Below, in pieces: positions 40,498 through 50,911 of a stretch of DNA of 64,000 bases. Position numbers and translations under genes: made by a program. Within the stretch, counting starts at the first letter, position 1. Each line of letters begins with the position of its first letter. This stretch comes from Hadesarchaea archaeon. GTDB lineage: Archaea; Hadarchaeota; Hadarchaeia; Hadarchaeales; Hadarchaeaceae. Below the pieces are notes generated by a model, which worked only from the letters and a program-made list of their open reading frames with translations, searched no databases and was not told the origin of the DNA. Location of the stretch: the NCBI GenBank assembly GCA_029259175.1, contig JAPDJH010000005.1:32001-96000 (forward strand), in the 5' to 3' direction.

Positions 40498-40895
40498 GGC
40501 ACAAATAGATACTCGGTGGTTGTCGGAAGTTTTCTGCGCAAAGACATGATTTCTGGACGGTAGAGAATTAACTCATCGCTCTCATTCTTGTTTAAAACTT
40601 TGGCTGCAACACGTGCCTCCAAACCAACAAGCTTTGCCGTTCCACTACCAAGTTTTCGATCTATTCGAATTAACATCGGGAGCCTCAAACTTGAGTGCCA
40701 ATCCTTGGGTAACGCGGTCGCTAAGAGATCCAGTTCCTTTTTGTCGAAATAGTGGCGGCCCCCGTTTTTTAACTCCACGTAAGGCTCCGAAGCGTTTAGT
40801 GCTTCAGCTAAGGTTATCCGCTCTCGGGGCAGATGAGCATTAAGCTTCGCCTGTTCTTGTCGTATAAAGGCCTCAATATCCATGCTCCCACTCAT
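40494..40895 (-). CDS. DUF61 family protein
   Basis: LNAHLP..R.TL.E.L....P......G..HYF...EL..L; LRLP; Y.P....LRR.L.TTT.Y.F; follows atpD. Confidence 0.85.
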   Translation of the reverse strand: MSGSMDIEAFIRQEQAKLNAHLPRERITLAEALNASEPYVELKNGGRHYFDKKELDLLATALPKDWHSSLRLPMLIRIDRKLGSGTAKLVGLEARVAAKVLNKNESDELILYRPEIMSLRRKLPTTTEYLFVP

Positions 40896-40926
40896 CTTGG
40901 GGTTTGCCTTGGTTTAACTCTTGGAC

Positions 40927-41565
40927 TTACTGATGCCTTCTCTCTAGTATCGCCTTGATGCGTTTCAATCGGGTGAAGTTCTCACGTTCGATTTCGTCCA
41001 ACCGGCTCTGGATAAATTTAATCATTTGTTGAAGTCTCGGAATCAGCACATGCTCCAGGGCGTTAACGCGCCGTTTGGTTCGCTCTAGTTCTCGCGCCAA
41101 AGCATAAGCGGCCGCTTCTAGCTCTGCGAGTTTAACCAAATGTGCTAGTGCTTGTACAAATGCGGCTGTTGCCTTATCCAAAACTGCTGAAGTGCCATGA
41201 ATCGAATACCCGGGCAATGGGGCTTTCTTGTCCTGATCTATCTCGACGTGAGGGACTGAGACTCCCATTAAATATCTGGTCTGAATCCTGAGCGTCACGT
41301 CGCGCTTCATCTCTCGTGCAGCTTGCAGAGTCTCGATGGTTCCTATCTCGGCTTGACAAATCGAGAGCTGTCCAAAGGCTTTCGAGAGACTCTCCAGCGC
41401 GTTCTTTCTGACATCTTCTATTTCCCTCAAAATCCCGAAGAATTCCATTATCAAAGCATCCATTTTCTCCCTCAGCAAATCGTGGCCTTTCTGTGCCAAA
41501 GCGATTCTGCGCCTGAGTTTTATGAGTTCCATTCTAGTCGGTGCAACTCCCAATGCCGTCGCCAT
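40927..41565 (-). CDS. atpD: A-type ATP synthase subunit D
   Basis: PTRMELI.L......A..GH.LL..K.DAL; TKRRVNALE...IP. Confidence 0.97.
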   Translation of the reverse strand: MATALGVAPTRMELIKLRRRIALAQKGHDLLREKMDALIMEFFGILREIEDVRKNALESLSKAFGQLSICQAEIGTIETLQAAREMKRDVTLRIQTRYLMGVSVPHVEIDQDKKAPLPGYSIHGTSAVLDKATAAFVQALAHLVKLAELEAAAYALARELERTKRRVNALEHVLIPRLQQMIKFIQSRLDEIERENFTRLKRIKAILERRHQ

Positions 41566-41567
41566 TC

Positions 41568-41900
41568 TTATTCCTCCCTTCTAACCACAACTTCAGCGCC
41601 CACTGTTCTCTTTATGAGCTCACGTAGCTCATCAACTTCTGGCATCCATCCACTCTTATCCGGAACCGCTAGGACCAGAGGTACTGGTTTCTTTCTGCGA
41701 AGCTCTTTGAGTTCAGGTGAGATCTGAGAGGCAATCCGGTGTGGCAGAATGATTAGCCCGATCTCTGGGTTGTCGAACAACTCGCGTATTTTCGCCAGAG
41801 TCGCCTCCATTCTCTCGTGGAGATAAAGTTGGGAAACCCCGGCCAAACCGAAACCGGAAATAAAATCTATGTCTCCTATGCAGGCAATTTTTAGACTCAC
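41568..41900 (-). CDS. atpF: A-type ATP synthase subunit F
   Basis: IACIGD.D...GF.LAGV; P....VP...G; IKRTVG; GTG 41900 after SD GGAGGTGA. Confidence 0.93.
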   Translation of the reverse strand: MSLKIACIGDIDFISGFGLAGVSQLYLHERMEATLAKIRELFDNPEIGLIILPHRIASQISPELKELRRKKPVPLVLAVPDKSGWMPEVDELRELIKRTVGAEVVVRREE

Positions 41901-43018
41901 GACAAGCTCACCTCCAAAACTAGTCTCTTTTTTATTTCTGCAGCGGGGAGACCGTCGGCTTTCATGCGAAGACATTTTCTCAAGTTTCTGAACTCCGCCT
42001 CCTTGTGAGCAACATAGGAAATCACGGGAGCTACTGAAAACTGGTGAAGCAAGGATAGCCGCTTACACAATTCGAGATAGAATCGGTCGAGCGCCCGCTC
42101 TGCAGCCTCGGGCCCTTCTCTCGCTATCTCCTCAGCTGCACTCGACAAGGCTGACCCCACCATCGTTATACGGATGGAGTGAATTGCCGATTTTATATCC
42201 TCAGCGACCATCATGGCCTTGAGCATAGGCTCTGTGAGTTCATGACTCGGCCGTATCAGATACTTGTCGATTTCGGGCTCTGGAACACCAGCATCCTTCA
42301 GCCTCAATATGGTTTTAGCATTAACAGCGTCGACCAGATAACCCACCAGCTGTTTCAAGATTTTCCTATCAGTCTTTGTTTTCTGTGCAAGTTCCCATAA
42401 CGATGAATAATATGTTTTCTCGAGAGCCACCAACAAAGCCGGTAAACCGTGCTGTTCGTAGTCGGATAGTGCCCGTTGGAGCGAATCGCCGTAGTCCGTG
42501 CCCTTGAGGAACTCTAGGAGCTGCTCCAGCGATTCTGCTGATGCCAACAGCTGCAAGCTTTCATACGTGTGAACGGGAGATGGTAGAAGCTCGCGGCTTC
42601 GTTCTTCCTTCGGAATTTGATAGTGGATGGCAGAAACTATCATTTTCAAGTTCCAGAGATACCGCTGCTCGACTATTTTTCGAATCACAGGGGCCGTGTC
42701 ATCGGGAACCAACGAAACTAGCTCGCGTAATCTTTGCACCACCAGACCGTGTAAAAGCCGCTCGAGCACTCGAAAATCGTCTTTGTCGGAGAACTCACGG
42801 ACAACGCCTCCATATTCGGTGCCCTCAAGAGCGAGTAGGGCCGAACGCAGGTCTGGCGTTTCTATTAATTCCATGAACTTGGATGTCGGGAGAAGCCTCG
42901 CCTCCCATGCACTGACCGTTGAGTTGCAAAACACATAATCCATGGTGTGCTTGGTAGAAATGAAAAGCGCAGCAAAAAACAGTGCGATGGCTGTTAAGAA
43001 CAAACCAACAACAATCAT
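41897..43018 (-). CDS. atpC: A-type ATP synthase subunit C
   Basis: Y...N......EARLL, L.GT.Y, D..N.KT.LR.K, KE.E.RNL; position in operon. Confidence 0.92.
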   Translation of the reverse strand: MIVVGLFLTAIALFFAALFISTKHTMDYVFCNSTVSAWEARLLPTSKFMELIETPDLRSALLALEGTEYGGVVREFSDKDDFRVLERLLHGLVVQRLRELVSLVPDDTAPVIRKIVEQRYLWNLKMIVSAIHYQIPKEERSRELLPSPVHTYESLQLLASAESLEQLLEFLKGTDYGDSLQRALSDYEQHGLPALLVALEKTYYSSLWELAQKTKTDRKILKQLVGYLVDAVNAKTILRLKDAGVPEPEIDKYLIRPSHELTEPMLKAMMVAEDIKSAIHSIRITMVGSALSSAAEEIAREGPEAAERALDRFYLELCKRLSLLHQFSVAPVISYVAHKEAEFRNLRKCLRMKADGLPAAEIKKRLVLEVSLS

Positions 43019-43630
43019 CTAGGCCCCTTCGAACAACGCCTTTGCGATCTCTACACGAAGGCGCTCCTGCTCTCTTCTCAACAAGCTGTCGAGTGTTTCG
43101 TCTGCAACTATCAAACCATCCGGGGTCTCGGCTCGAATTCCGCCAATAGCTGAAATCGGTTTGCCTAAAGACACTTCTTTTCCGGTTTTCTTCGAAATCT
43201 CGTCAAGCTTCTTCTCTAGGATTTTAGTATCCCGTTTATTCGCCCGCAGCACTACCTTATCAGACCCTAGTTCTTTGCATGTGCGCTCGGCCAGTTTGAG
43301 CAAATATTTCGAATACTCGGCGGAAGACACGTACTTTTGAAGTGCTCGCCGGATCTCTTGAAGACCTTGTTCGATCAATTGTTCCCTCTTCTGCAAAAAC
43401 TCTCTTCTCGCTCTCATCCGACCCTCAGCAAGAATCTGATCACGCATTCTCGCCCCTTCCGATTCAGTCTCGCGTGTTATCTGAAGCCGGCGCTCCTTGG
43501 CGGTTATTTTTGCACTGCCTAAGATTGTTTCGCTCTCACGCCTGGCCTCGCGGATAATTCTATCGGCTTCTCGTTTGGCTTCTGATAAAATCTCCTCTGC
43601 TAGCAGGGCCGCGCCTTTTTCTGCTCGCAA
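43019..43630 (-). CDS. atpE: A-type ATP synthase subunit E
   Basis: Coiled-coil N-terminus, IGGI....DG....D.T, IAKALF. Confidence 0.92.
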   Translation of the reverse strand: MRAEKGAALLAEEILSEAKREADRIIREARRESETILGSAKITAKERRLQITRETESEGARMRDQILAEGRMRARREFLQKREQLIEQGLQEIRRALQKYVSSAEYSKYLLKLAERTCKELGSDKVVLRANKRDTKILEKKLDEISKKTGKEVSLGKPISAIGGIRAETPDGLIVADETLDSLLRREQERLRVEIAKALFEGA

Positions 43631-43648
43631 ACTTAGTCCCCCAGCGCC

Positions 43649-44119
43649 CTATGGAATCACTGTCGGGCTGGTGAGAAGCAAAATCGTCGCTAGCAAGCCA
43701 AGAATTGCATACAACTCTACCATCACTGTATACATCATGCCGGGAGTAAAAGCCTCGGGACGTTTTGCCACCGCGTTCACGCTTGCTGTCGCCACCCGGC
43801 CCTGAAGCAAGGCTGTGAATCCTTGGAGAATCGCGGGACATGCAGCTGCGAGAACCACCAAACCGCTGATCTCCGGACTGAGAGTGCCCCCTAGAACTCC
43901 GCTGAAAATCAATATCATAAAGCCGCCTATGAAACCGTAGATTCCTTGCGTTCCCGGCAACACCTCTAAGATGAAAAGCTTTGAAAACTTCTTTGGATCT
44001 TCCGCTGTCACCGCTGCTGCTGCAACACCTGTCATGCCCACTCCGATCGCTGACATGAGGCCTGGAATCGCTACGGCCAGACCTGCCGCCAGTACTACTA
44101 GAACGGCGTCACTTACCAA
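43649..44119 (-). CDS. atpK: A-type ATP synthase subunit K (c), four-TM duplicated proteolipid
   Basis: SAIGVG, LPGTQGIYG, LQGRVA, MVELYAILG. Confidence 0.96.
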   Translation of the reverse strand: MVSDAVLVVLAAGLAVAIPGLMSAIGVGMTGVAAAAVTAEDPKKFSKLFILEVLPGTQGIYGFIGGFMILIFSGVLGGTLSPEISGLVVLAAACPAILQGFTALLQGRVATASVNAVAKRPEAFTPGMMYTVMVELYAILGLLATILLLTSPTVIP

Positions 44120-46154
44120 TCCTCACACCCCCTCTTAATATCGTAAACCTCCTTTTAGCCTTAAAGGGAGTAAACGGCTCTCCACCTCCCTCATAGAATT
44201 TGCCAAAAAACTCGGCGAAATGGAGACGCATGGTGTGGATGAACCCTCCCAGAGTGTTTATGAAAATGTTGAACGAATGCCCGGCCACAAACACGAATCC
44301 CAAGGCCACAGCACCAAGAATCGCGACGAGTATGGCCGGGGAAGCGGTAAGATAGGGAGAGACCAGCCACCCCCAAAAGATCGAGATTATGAAATTGATA
44401 GAAAACGCGATCACGCCCGTGGCAATTCCCAATGCAAGCAAACGCGTATAGGAAGTCACGTCCGCTATGAGCCCTGTTATTCCATAAACCGTGTTTATGA
44501 CGCCCCCCAGTTTGCCTCTCACGCCCCGTCCGGAAATCATTGCACCAACCGCGCCCAAACCGATTCCTCCATAGAAAAGCCCTCTGCTAATCTGGGTAAC
44601 AAGCGATGCCGGTGCAAAGGGATTGAAGGCAGAAAACAGCTCCATTCGCGGAAAGGTATAGTTGATCCCAAATTCGTGCAAACCCACACCCAAAACACTG
44701 AAGCTGAGACCAAAAAATCCGAGCAACAAAAAGATTCGTGCAAGACGCTCCGAAAAGACTGAAACCAAGGATTTTTGTCTAAGGTCCTTCAGAACTCCTG
44801 CCACTCCGAACGCTAAAATCAAGTGAAACATACCAATAAAAATCACTAGCTTCAGCAACGGAATGGGGTTCTCCACGGGGTTGACCCACAGCCCGCCTCC
44901 GAATCCAAACCAGCCGCCAATGAACACGCTTACGATTGCTGTAACGATGCCGCATAATGCCATCATTCGTCTCAAGTATGGCGGGAAAGATTTTACAAAC
45001 CACAGGCCTGAGAGCATAAACGCTGCCAGTGCCAATCCGTAGCCGGCGTCGGAAAGACAGATCCCAAAAAAGACGGGGAAGGTTAGTGACAAAAGCCACG
45101 TCGGATCCACTTCGTTGTATCGAGGCAAACCATACATTCTGGTCAGAAACTCGAAATCTTTCACCATTTCGGGGTTCTGGAGCTGAATTGGGACTTCGCG
45201 TATTTCAGCTGGCGAAGGATCGGTTACCAGCATCAAACTGCGACCTCGAGTATGCCTCTTCACTAGTCGTTCGACCTTCTTTAAATCTCTCGCGAGCACC
45301 CAGCCCTCGAGCACTACCAGCATGTCGGACCCTCCGAAAAGTCCAGCAGCCTCCAGCCTTTCCTTTTGGATTTCCAACGTCTCTCGTGCACAAACCACGT
45401 CTTGGAGATACTGACGGCCCAACCGACGAAGTTTTTGTTCGACTATCCTTCTTTTTCTCTCTAAAGAATCCAGCCTTGATTGAAGTTTAGCTATAGCTGC
45501 TGATGGTGTCTCCCTCATATCGGGCAAGTCCACCAGCTCTACTCCAAACCGATAAAGAAGGGGGGCTAGCTTCGATTTTTCAGTCGACTTGCACGCGATC
45601 ACAACGGGGAGCTTCCTCGCTTTTCCAACGGCGTATACGACAGCTTTCTCATTGCAAGCCGCGTACACGGCTTTCGAGAATTCCTCGAAAACGTCCTCAT
45701 CGATCAGACCCGCAACAACATGGAGAAAACGGCCCTCTCTGAAATGTCTGAGTGGATGATCCAGAGCCGAAAAAGGGGTGAGTGCGGAAATTTGTTCCCT
45801 GACACTCTGACTCTCCTTTTGAAGGGAATCCAACGCTTCCCGATATTTTTTTATTTTCGGTTCGATTCGGCGCACGACTTGCTCGGCTTTCTTGAGGGTG
45901 CTTTCAAGTGTGAGTTCTGGCACCGGTCGCGGCTTTCCCTTGTAGACGCCGAGCAGTTCCTCCATATCGTGTAAACTGGACAAAAGAGAGACCAAGTTTT
46001 CAAGCTGTTCGCTTACTTGCCTACGCACTCCTTCAATCGAAGAAGCCTCCTTCAACTGTATTACTCCAGCTTCGTGGAGAGCCGAGACAAGGCGTTCTCG
46101 GCGGTTTTTGTGAAAAACCAACACGATTTTCTTTATGGGAGCTGGATAAAGCAC
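44109..46154 (-). CDS. atpI: A-type ATP synthase subunit I (a)
   Basis: MYGLP.Y.EVDPT, FFG....DAGYG, SY.RLLAL, H..RLH..EFF.KFY.GGG..F.PF. Confidence 0.96.
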   Translation of the reverse strand: MLYPAPIKKIVLVFHKNRRERLVSALHEAGVIQLKEASSIEGVRRQVSEQLENLVSLLSSLHDMEELLGVYKGKPRPVPELTLESTLKKAEQVVRRIEPKIKKYREALDSLQKESQSVREQISALTPFSALDHPLRHFREGRFLHVVAGLIDEDVFEEFSKAVYAACNEKAVVYAVGKARKLPVVIACKSTEKSKLAPLLYRFGVELVDLPDMRETPSAAIAKLQSRLDSLERKRRIVEQKLRRLGRQYLQDVVCARETLEIQKERLEAAGLFGGSDMLVVLEGWVLARDLKKVERLVKRHTRGRSLMLVTDPSPAEIREVPIQLQNPEMVKDFEFLTRMYGLPRYNEVDPTWLLSLTFPVFFGICLSDAGYGLALAAFMLSGLWFVKSFPPYLRRMMALCGIVTAIVSVFIGGWFGFGGGLWVNPVENPIPLLKLVIFIGMFHLILAFGVAGVLKDLRQKSLVSVFSERLARIFLLLGFFGLSFSVLGVGLHEFGINYTFPRMELFSAFNPFAPASLVTQISRGLFYGGIGLGAVGAMISGRGVRGKLGGVINTVYGITGLIADVTSYTRLLALGIATGVIAFSINFIISIFWGWLVSPYLTASPAILVAILGAVALGFVFVAGHSFNIFINTLGGFIHTMRLHFAEFFGKFYEGGGEPFTPFKAKRRFTILRGGVRIGK

Positions 46155-46158
46155 CCCG

Positions 46159-46464
46159 TCACCTCAAGAGTTGCTTCACTATCCGAGACGCTATCTTTTT
46201 CGATCTCTCCTTCGCCATTCGTTCCATTTTAGCAAGTTCTCTCTGCGTCTTCTTCATTAGTTCATCGACCTCGGCTTGCGCGGCCTTTTTGATTTCCTCT
46301 AGTTTCTCAGCCGATTCTTGTTTTGCTTGCTCTACGGCTTCGTCAATCAAACGCTGGCTCTCTTTTCTGGCCTCCTCCATAAGCTTTGCTGCTTTTCGTC
46401 GCGCGTCTTCTATGATTCGCTTGGCCTTTTCTTCGGCTTCAAACACCGTTCGCAACACGTCCAA
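46159..46464 (-). CDS. atpH: A-type ATP synthase subunit H (G)
   Basis: Charged coiled coil AE..A..II..A; first gene before atpI. Confidence 0.85.
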   Translation of the reverse strand: MDVLRTVFEAEEKAKRIIEDARRKAAKLMEEARKESQRLIDEAVEQAKQESAEKLEEIKKAAQAEVDELMKKTQRELAKMERMAKERSKKIASRIVKQLLR

Positions 46465-46550
46465 TCAATCGACCCCCATCGGTGTGATTCAGATACAAAT
46501 AGTCTCAAGTTTATTAAAATGAAGTCGATAAATTTAGCGGGTGTGATTGG
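46465..46550. promoter_or_regulatory. divergent promoter region between atpH and atpA
   Basis: 86-bp head-to-head gap with central AT-rich TTTATTAAAA roughly equidistant from both TTG starts. Confidence 0.5.
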
Positions 46551-48317
46551 TTGGGGAGAATCGTTCGGATCACCGGGCCTGTCGTGATCGCTGATGGATT
46601 GCGCGGTTCAGAAATGTACGAACTCGTGAGAGTGGGTGAGGAAAAACTAATTGGAGAAATAATTGGGCTCAACGAGGATCGGGCAATAATCCAAGTCTAT
46701 GAGGAAACTTCGGGGATAAAACCCGGGGAGCCGGTTGAAGGAACTGGCAGACCGCTTTCCGTGGAGTTGGGTCCGGGGCTCATTGGGTCCATATACGATG
46801 GGACTCAGCGCCCACTAGATGTCATTATGTCAAAAGTCGGATACCTCGTGAAGCGGGGTGTCTCAGCTTTCGCTCTTCCTCGGGACAAAAAATGGAAATT
46901 CACTCCGAAGGTCGGGAAGGGGCAAGAGGTTCAGGAAGGAGACGTTCTTGGAATCGTGAAGGAGACCAAGCTGGTGGAGCATCGAATAATGGTTCCACCA
47001 GGGATCAAAGGAAAGGTGGTGGAGATCGCTGATGGCTCGTTTACTGTTGAAGAAACGATTGCAGTAATCGAAACAGCTGGGGGAAGCAGGGAAGTTCAAA
47101 TGATGCAGATATGGCCGGTACGACGTCCCCGTCCGTACAAGAAGAAATTGGAACCCTCGGAGCCCCTGTTTACCGGTCAGCGGATCGCGGACACCTTTTT
47201 CCCGGTGGCTAAGGGCGGCACCGTGGCCATTCCAGGAGGATTTGGAACGGGAAAAACCGTGTTCCTGCATCAGGTGGCGAAATGGGCCGATGCCGAAATT
47301 GTGACGTATATCGGGTGTGGCGAGCGTGGAAATGAAATGTGTGATGTGCTCGTTCACTTTCCTCAGCTCAAGGATCCGCGGAGCGGTGAACCGCTTATGG
47401 AACGCACGGTGCTCATCGCGAACACTTCCAATATGCCGGTCGCCGCAAGAGAGGCCAGCGTATACACGGGGATAACTATTGCTGAGTACTTCAGGGACAT
47501 GGGGTACAATGTGGCGCTGATGGCGGATTCCACCTCACGATGGGCCGAGGCGATGAGGGAGATTTCAGGTCGGCTAGAAGAAATGCCAGGAGAAGAAGGA
47601 TTTCCGGCGTATTTGGCCTCTCGGCTGGCGGAATTTTACGAGCGGGCAGGAAGAGTCATCACTCTCGGGAGTGAAGAGCGAATAGGCTCGGTGACTGTGC
47701 TTGGCGCCGTGTCGCCGCCAGGTGGTGATCTCTCAGAGCCTGTCACTCAGAACACGTTGCGTATAGTCAAAGTTTTCTGGGCGCTGGACACGGGATTGGC
47801 AGACAGACGCCACTTCCCGGCGATCCACTGGCTTACCAGTTATTCGCTCTATGTCGACCACCTGGCCCCGTGGTGGAAAGAGCGATTTGGCAGGGATTGG
47901 AGGTCTTTGCGCAGTGAAGCTTTGGCTATGCTCCAGAAAGAGGCTGAGCTAGAAGAAATAGTCAAGTTGGTAGGACCCGATGCTCTTCCAGAGCCGGACC
48001 GAGCAGTATTGGAATCCGCTAGAATGATGAGAGAGGATCTCCTCCAGCAATTCGCTTTTCACCCTGTGGACACATACTGTCCACCGGAAAAACAGATCAC
48101 GATGCTCGAAATCGTGCTCGAATTCTATCGAAAATGTGTGGAAGCGACTAGGCGTGGCGTGCCGGTGCGTGAAATCATCAAACTGCCCGTGCGCGAGACG
48201 ATTGCCGGAATGAAACGGATAGAAAACGAACGCTTCCAAGAAGAGAGCAAGCGGATCAGAGAACAATTAGAACAAGAATTTGAGGAACTGTTCAGAAAAG
48301 TCGGAGGAGGGGGGTAA
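46551..48317 (+). CDS. atpA: A-type ATP synthase subunit A
   Basis: GGFGTGKT Walker [32 protein letters not shown]; no intein. Confidence 0.98.
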   Translation: MGRIVRITGPVVIADGLRGSEMYELVRVGEEKLIGEIIGLNEDRAIIQVYEETSGIKPGEPVEGTGRPLSVELGPGLIGSIYDGTQRPLDVIMSKVGYLVKRGVSAFALPRDKKWKFTPKVGKGQEVQEGDVLGIVKETKLVEHRIMVPPGIKGKVVEIADGSFTVEETIAVIETAGGSREVQMMQIWPVRRPRPYKKKLEPSEPLFTGQRIADTFFPVAKGGTVAIPGGFGTGKTVFLHQVAKWADAEIVTYIGCGERGNEMCDVLVHFPQLKDPRSGEPLMERTVLIANTSNMPVAAREASVYTGITIAEYFRDMGYNVALMADSTSRWAEAMREISGRLEEMPGEEGFPAYLASRLAEFYERAGRVITLGSEERIGSVTVLGAVSPPGGDLSEPVTQNTLRIVKVFWALDTGLADRRHFPAIHWLTSYSLYVDHLAPWWKERFGRDWRSLRSEALAMLQKEAELEEIVKLVGPDALPEPDRAVLESARMMREDLLQQFAFHPVDTYCPPEKQITMLEIVLEFYRKCVEATRRGVPVREIIKLPVRETIAGMKRIENERFQEESKRIREQLEQEFEELFRKVGGGG

Positions 48318-49741
48318 TGGCCGAAGAAGTGAAATCGAAAGAGTACATGACTGTGCGCGAGGTTTCCGGTCCGCTTATGATAGTGGAGGGTGTTAGAGGT
48401 GTCGGCTATGGAGAAGTCGTAGAAATCGTGGCACCCAGTGGGGAAATCAAACATGGACAGGTGCTCGATGCCTATCTCGATAGAGCAGTGATTCAAGTGT
48501 ACGAAGGCACATCGGGTATTGACACCAAAGCAACGCGCGTGCGGTTTACAGGAGAGACCGTCAAGTTTGGGGTCAGCGCTGAACTTCTCGGAAGGATATT
48601 CAACGGCCGTGGAGAGCCAATCGATGGAGGACCAAAACCCATCGCCGACGACTACTGGGATATTCACGGATCTCCTTTGAACCCGGCTGCGCGCGAATAC
48701 CCCAATGAATTCATACAAACGGGGATTTCGGCGATAGACGGGATGAACACTCTCGTTCGGGGACAAAAGCTTCCCATATTTTCAGGTGCAGGGCTGCCAC
48801 ACAACGAGATCGCTGCGCAGGTGGCACGTCAAGCGAAGGTTCTGGGTGAAGAAGAGAAGTTCTCTGTGGTTTTCTGCGGAATGGGAGTCACGTACGAAGA
48901 GGCGAACTTCTTTATCAAGGACTTTGAAAGCACAGGTGCGCTCGAACACGCAGTGGTTTTCCTTAACCTTGCCAACGATCCGGCCATAGAGCGAATCATC
49001 ACTCCTCGTCTAGCTCTAACTACTGCTGAGTACTTGGCTTTTGTTCAGGGGATGCATGTGCTCGTTATTCTCATCAACATGACCAACTACTGTGAGGCGT
49101 TGCGAGAAATTTCTGCCGCGCGGAGTGAAGTTCCGGGCAGGCGAGGATATCCGGGATACATGTACACAGATTTGGCGACCATTTACGAACGAGCAGGGCG
49201 GATTCGAGGAAAGAAAGGATCCATCACTCAAATGCCGGTTCTGACCATGCCAGGAGACGACATCACACATCCAATCCCTGATCTCACCGGATACATCACA
49301 GAAGGACAACTGGTGCTCGACCGCGAGCTTCACCACAAGGGGATTTATCCGCCAATAAACGTGCTCCCCTCTTTGTCCAGATTGATGAAGGATGGTATAG
49401 GGAAGGGGAAGACTAGAGAAGACCATGTTGATCTGTCCAACCAGCTGTACGCGGCTTACGCTGAAGGACGCGATCTGCGTTCACTGGTCGCGGTGGTGGG
49501 AGAGGAAGCACTAACGGATAGGGACCGGGCTTATTTGGAATTTGCCGATCAGTTCGAACGGCGATTCATCAATCAGGGACGCTACGAGGACAGATCGATC
49601 GAAACCACGCTTAACATTGGATGGGAGTTGTTGCGTTTGCTGCCTCGGAGCGAGCTAAAACGGATAGATCCGGCGTTCATCTCTCGCTATCTGGAGCGTG
49701 GAGAAGGGAGCGCTCAGAACTCAAAATCCTCATCACCGTGA
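48317..49741 (+). CDS. atpB: A-type ATP synthase subunit B
   Basis: [51 protein letters not shown]. Confidence 0.98.
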   Translation: MAEEVKSKEYMTVREVSGPLMIVEGVRGVGYGEVVEIVAPSGEIKHGQVLDAYLDRAVIQVYEGTSGIDTKATRVRFTGETVKFGVSAELLGRIFNGRGEPIDGGPKPIADDYWDIHGSPLNPAAREYPNEFIQTGISAIDGMNTLVRGQKLPIFSGAGLPHNEIAAQVARQAKVLGEEEKFSVVFCGMGVTYEEANFFIKDFESTGALEHAVVFLNLANDPAIERIITPRLALTTAEYLAFVQGMHVLVILINMTNYCEALREISAARSEVPGRRGYPGYMYTDLATIYERAGRIRGKKGSITQMPVLTMPGDDITHPIPDLTGYITEGQLVLDRELHHKGIYPPINVLPSLSRLMKDGIGKGKTREDHVDLSNQLYAAYAEGRDLRSLVAVVGEEALTDRDRAYLEFADQFERRFINQGRYEDRSIETTLNIGWELLRLLPRSELKRIDPAFISRYLERGEGSAQNSKSSSP

Positions 49742-49768
49742 TCAGACCAGCCAGGTTCTTCATCGCGC
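49710..49768 (-). ncRNA. box C/D 2'-O-methylation guide sRNA
   Basis: GCGC-G-AUGAAGA(C)-ACCUGGCUGGU-CUGA(D')-UCACG-GUGAUGA(C')-GGAUUUUGAGUU-CUGA(D)-GCGC; 11- and 12-nt guides, 4-bp terminal stem. Confidence 0.88.
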
Positions 49769-49804
49769 ATCATACAGTAGATGTCGTTGTATAAGAACCA
49801 CGCG

Positions 49805-50911
49805 CTAAGTTATTCTTTCTACCATGCGACGAGCTTTCGGTAAAGCTTTCTTGTATCTCTGCCTGTGCTCATGGAGAAATGCAATCATGCGCTCAATCGC
49901 TAGTTGTTTGCACTCACCGCAGATCATCTTGCCATTCTTGCATCGTTCACGTATTTCAAGTAATTCCTTGTCATCTGGAACAAGGTGGTAGAGATAGAGC
50001 TCGTATATGCGGCAAACATCTGGATTGCCACCGTGTTTTCTTTGTTCTTCAGCTGTTGGGCGCCCTCCGGTAAAAGCGTTTTTCAGTTTTTTTGTTACCT
50101 CGCGGTCTTCATCTGTCAGAAATATTGCTGTTTCCGGTTTGCTGCTGGACATTTTCTCACCCAACAGCCCGGGAAGCAGACGGTGGTATGTGGACGACGG
50201 AAGAACGAATCTGAACTCCTGCTGAAACTTGGCGGCCAGATCACGCGCCAAACGCAAATGCGGGTCCTGATCTATCCCTACCGGAACCACCGTTGGACGA
50301 GGCCCACCGAACTCAGGCAATTGGGGGTGCAAAATGTCGGCCACATCGATCAGAGGATAGTATATGGACGAAATGTTTGTTTCACCGGCAAATCCATAAA
50401 TTGCTCGAACGGTGCTGAACGTCACTCTTTTTCCCAAAATGAAAGCCAAGTCGCGGACTGCGGATCTTTTGCTTTGAAAATAAACATTGCAATTTTCTAT
50501 ATCCAAGCCAAGAGCTTCATAGTTCGCCAAGTATTCCTTTGTGGCAAACCGTTTTGCTTCGTCAAAGGAAAGCCCTCTTGCGGAGTATGCTTCTAAATCG
50601 GCCACACAGAGAAAAATCTCTGCGCCTTTTTTCTGATACCATATGAGCTGGTCGATCACCATTTTGTGTCCAAGGTGCATCTTGCCGCTGGGCATAAGTC
50701 CCGTCATCACCGCGTAAGGTTTCCTGGCCTTCATTGCGTTCAAAACGCGGTCGAAATCGCGATGACCGAAAATCAGCTTCCGCCTCATCAAAGGAAGAGG
50801 GTCTGAGATCTTTTGGAGCAGGTCTCCAAAGGGCTGAATTCCAAACTCCTTCATCACCCGCTCGTAATCTTTCGGAATGACGCTGCTCCACGGATCCAAA
50901 GGTGCCGGCAT
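49805..50911 (-). CDS. trpS: tryptophanyl-tRNA synthetase
   Basis: PSGKMHLGH (HIGH), VPVGIDQDPH.RL.RD, KMSSS. Confidence 0.97.
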   Translation of the reverse strand: MPAPLDPWSSVIPKDYERVMKEFGIQPFGDLLQKISDPLPLMRRKLIFGHRDFDRVLNAMKARKPYAVMTGLMPSGKMHLGHKMVIDQLIWYQKKGAEIFLCVADLEAYSARGLSFDEAKRFATKEYLANYEALGLDIENCNVYFQSKRSAVRDLAFILGKRVTFSTVRAIYGFAGETNISSIYYPLIDVADILHPQLPEFGGPRPTVVPVGIDQDPHLRLARDLAAKFQQEFRFVLPSSTYHRLLPGLLGEKMSSSKPETAIFLTDEDREVTKKLKNAFTGGRPTAEEQRKHGGNPDVCRIYELYLYHLVPDDKELLEIRERCKNGKMICGECKQLAIERMIAFLHEHRQRYKKALPKARRMVERIT

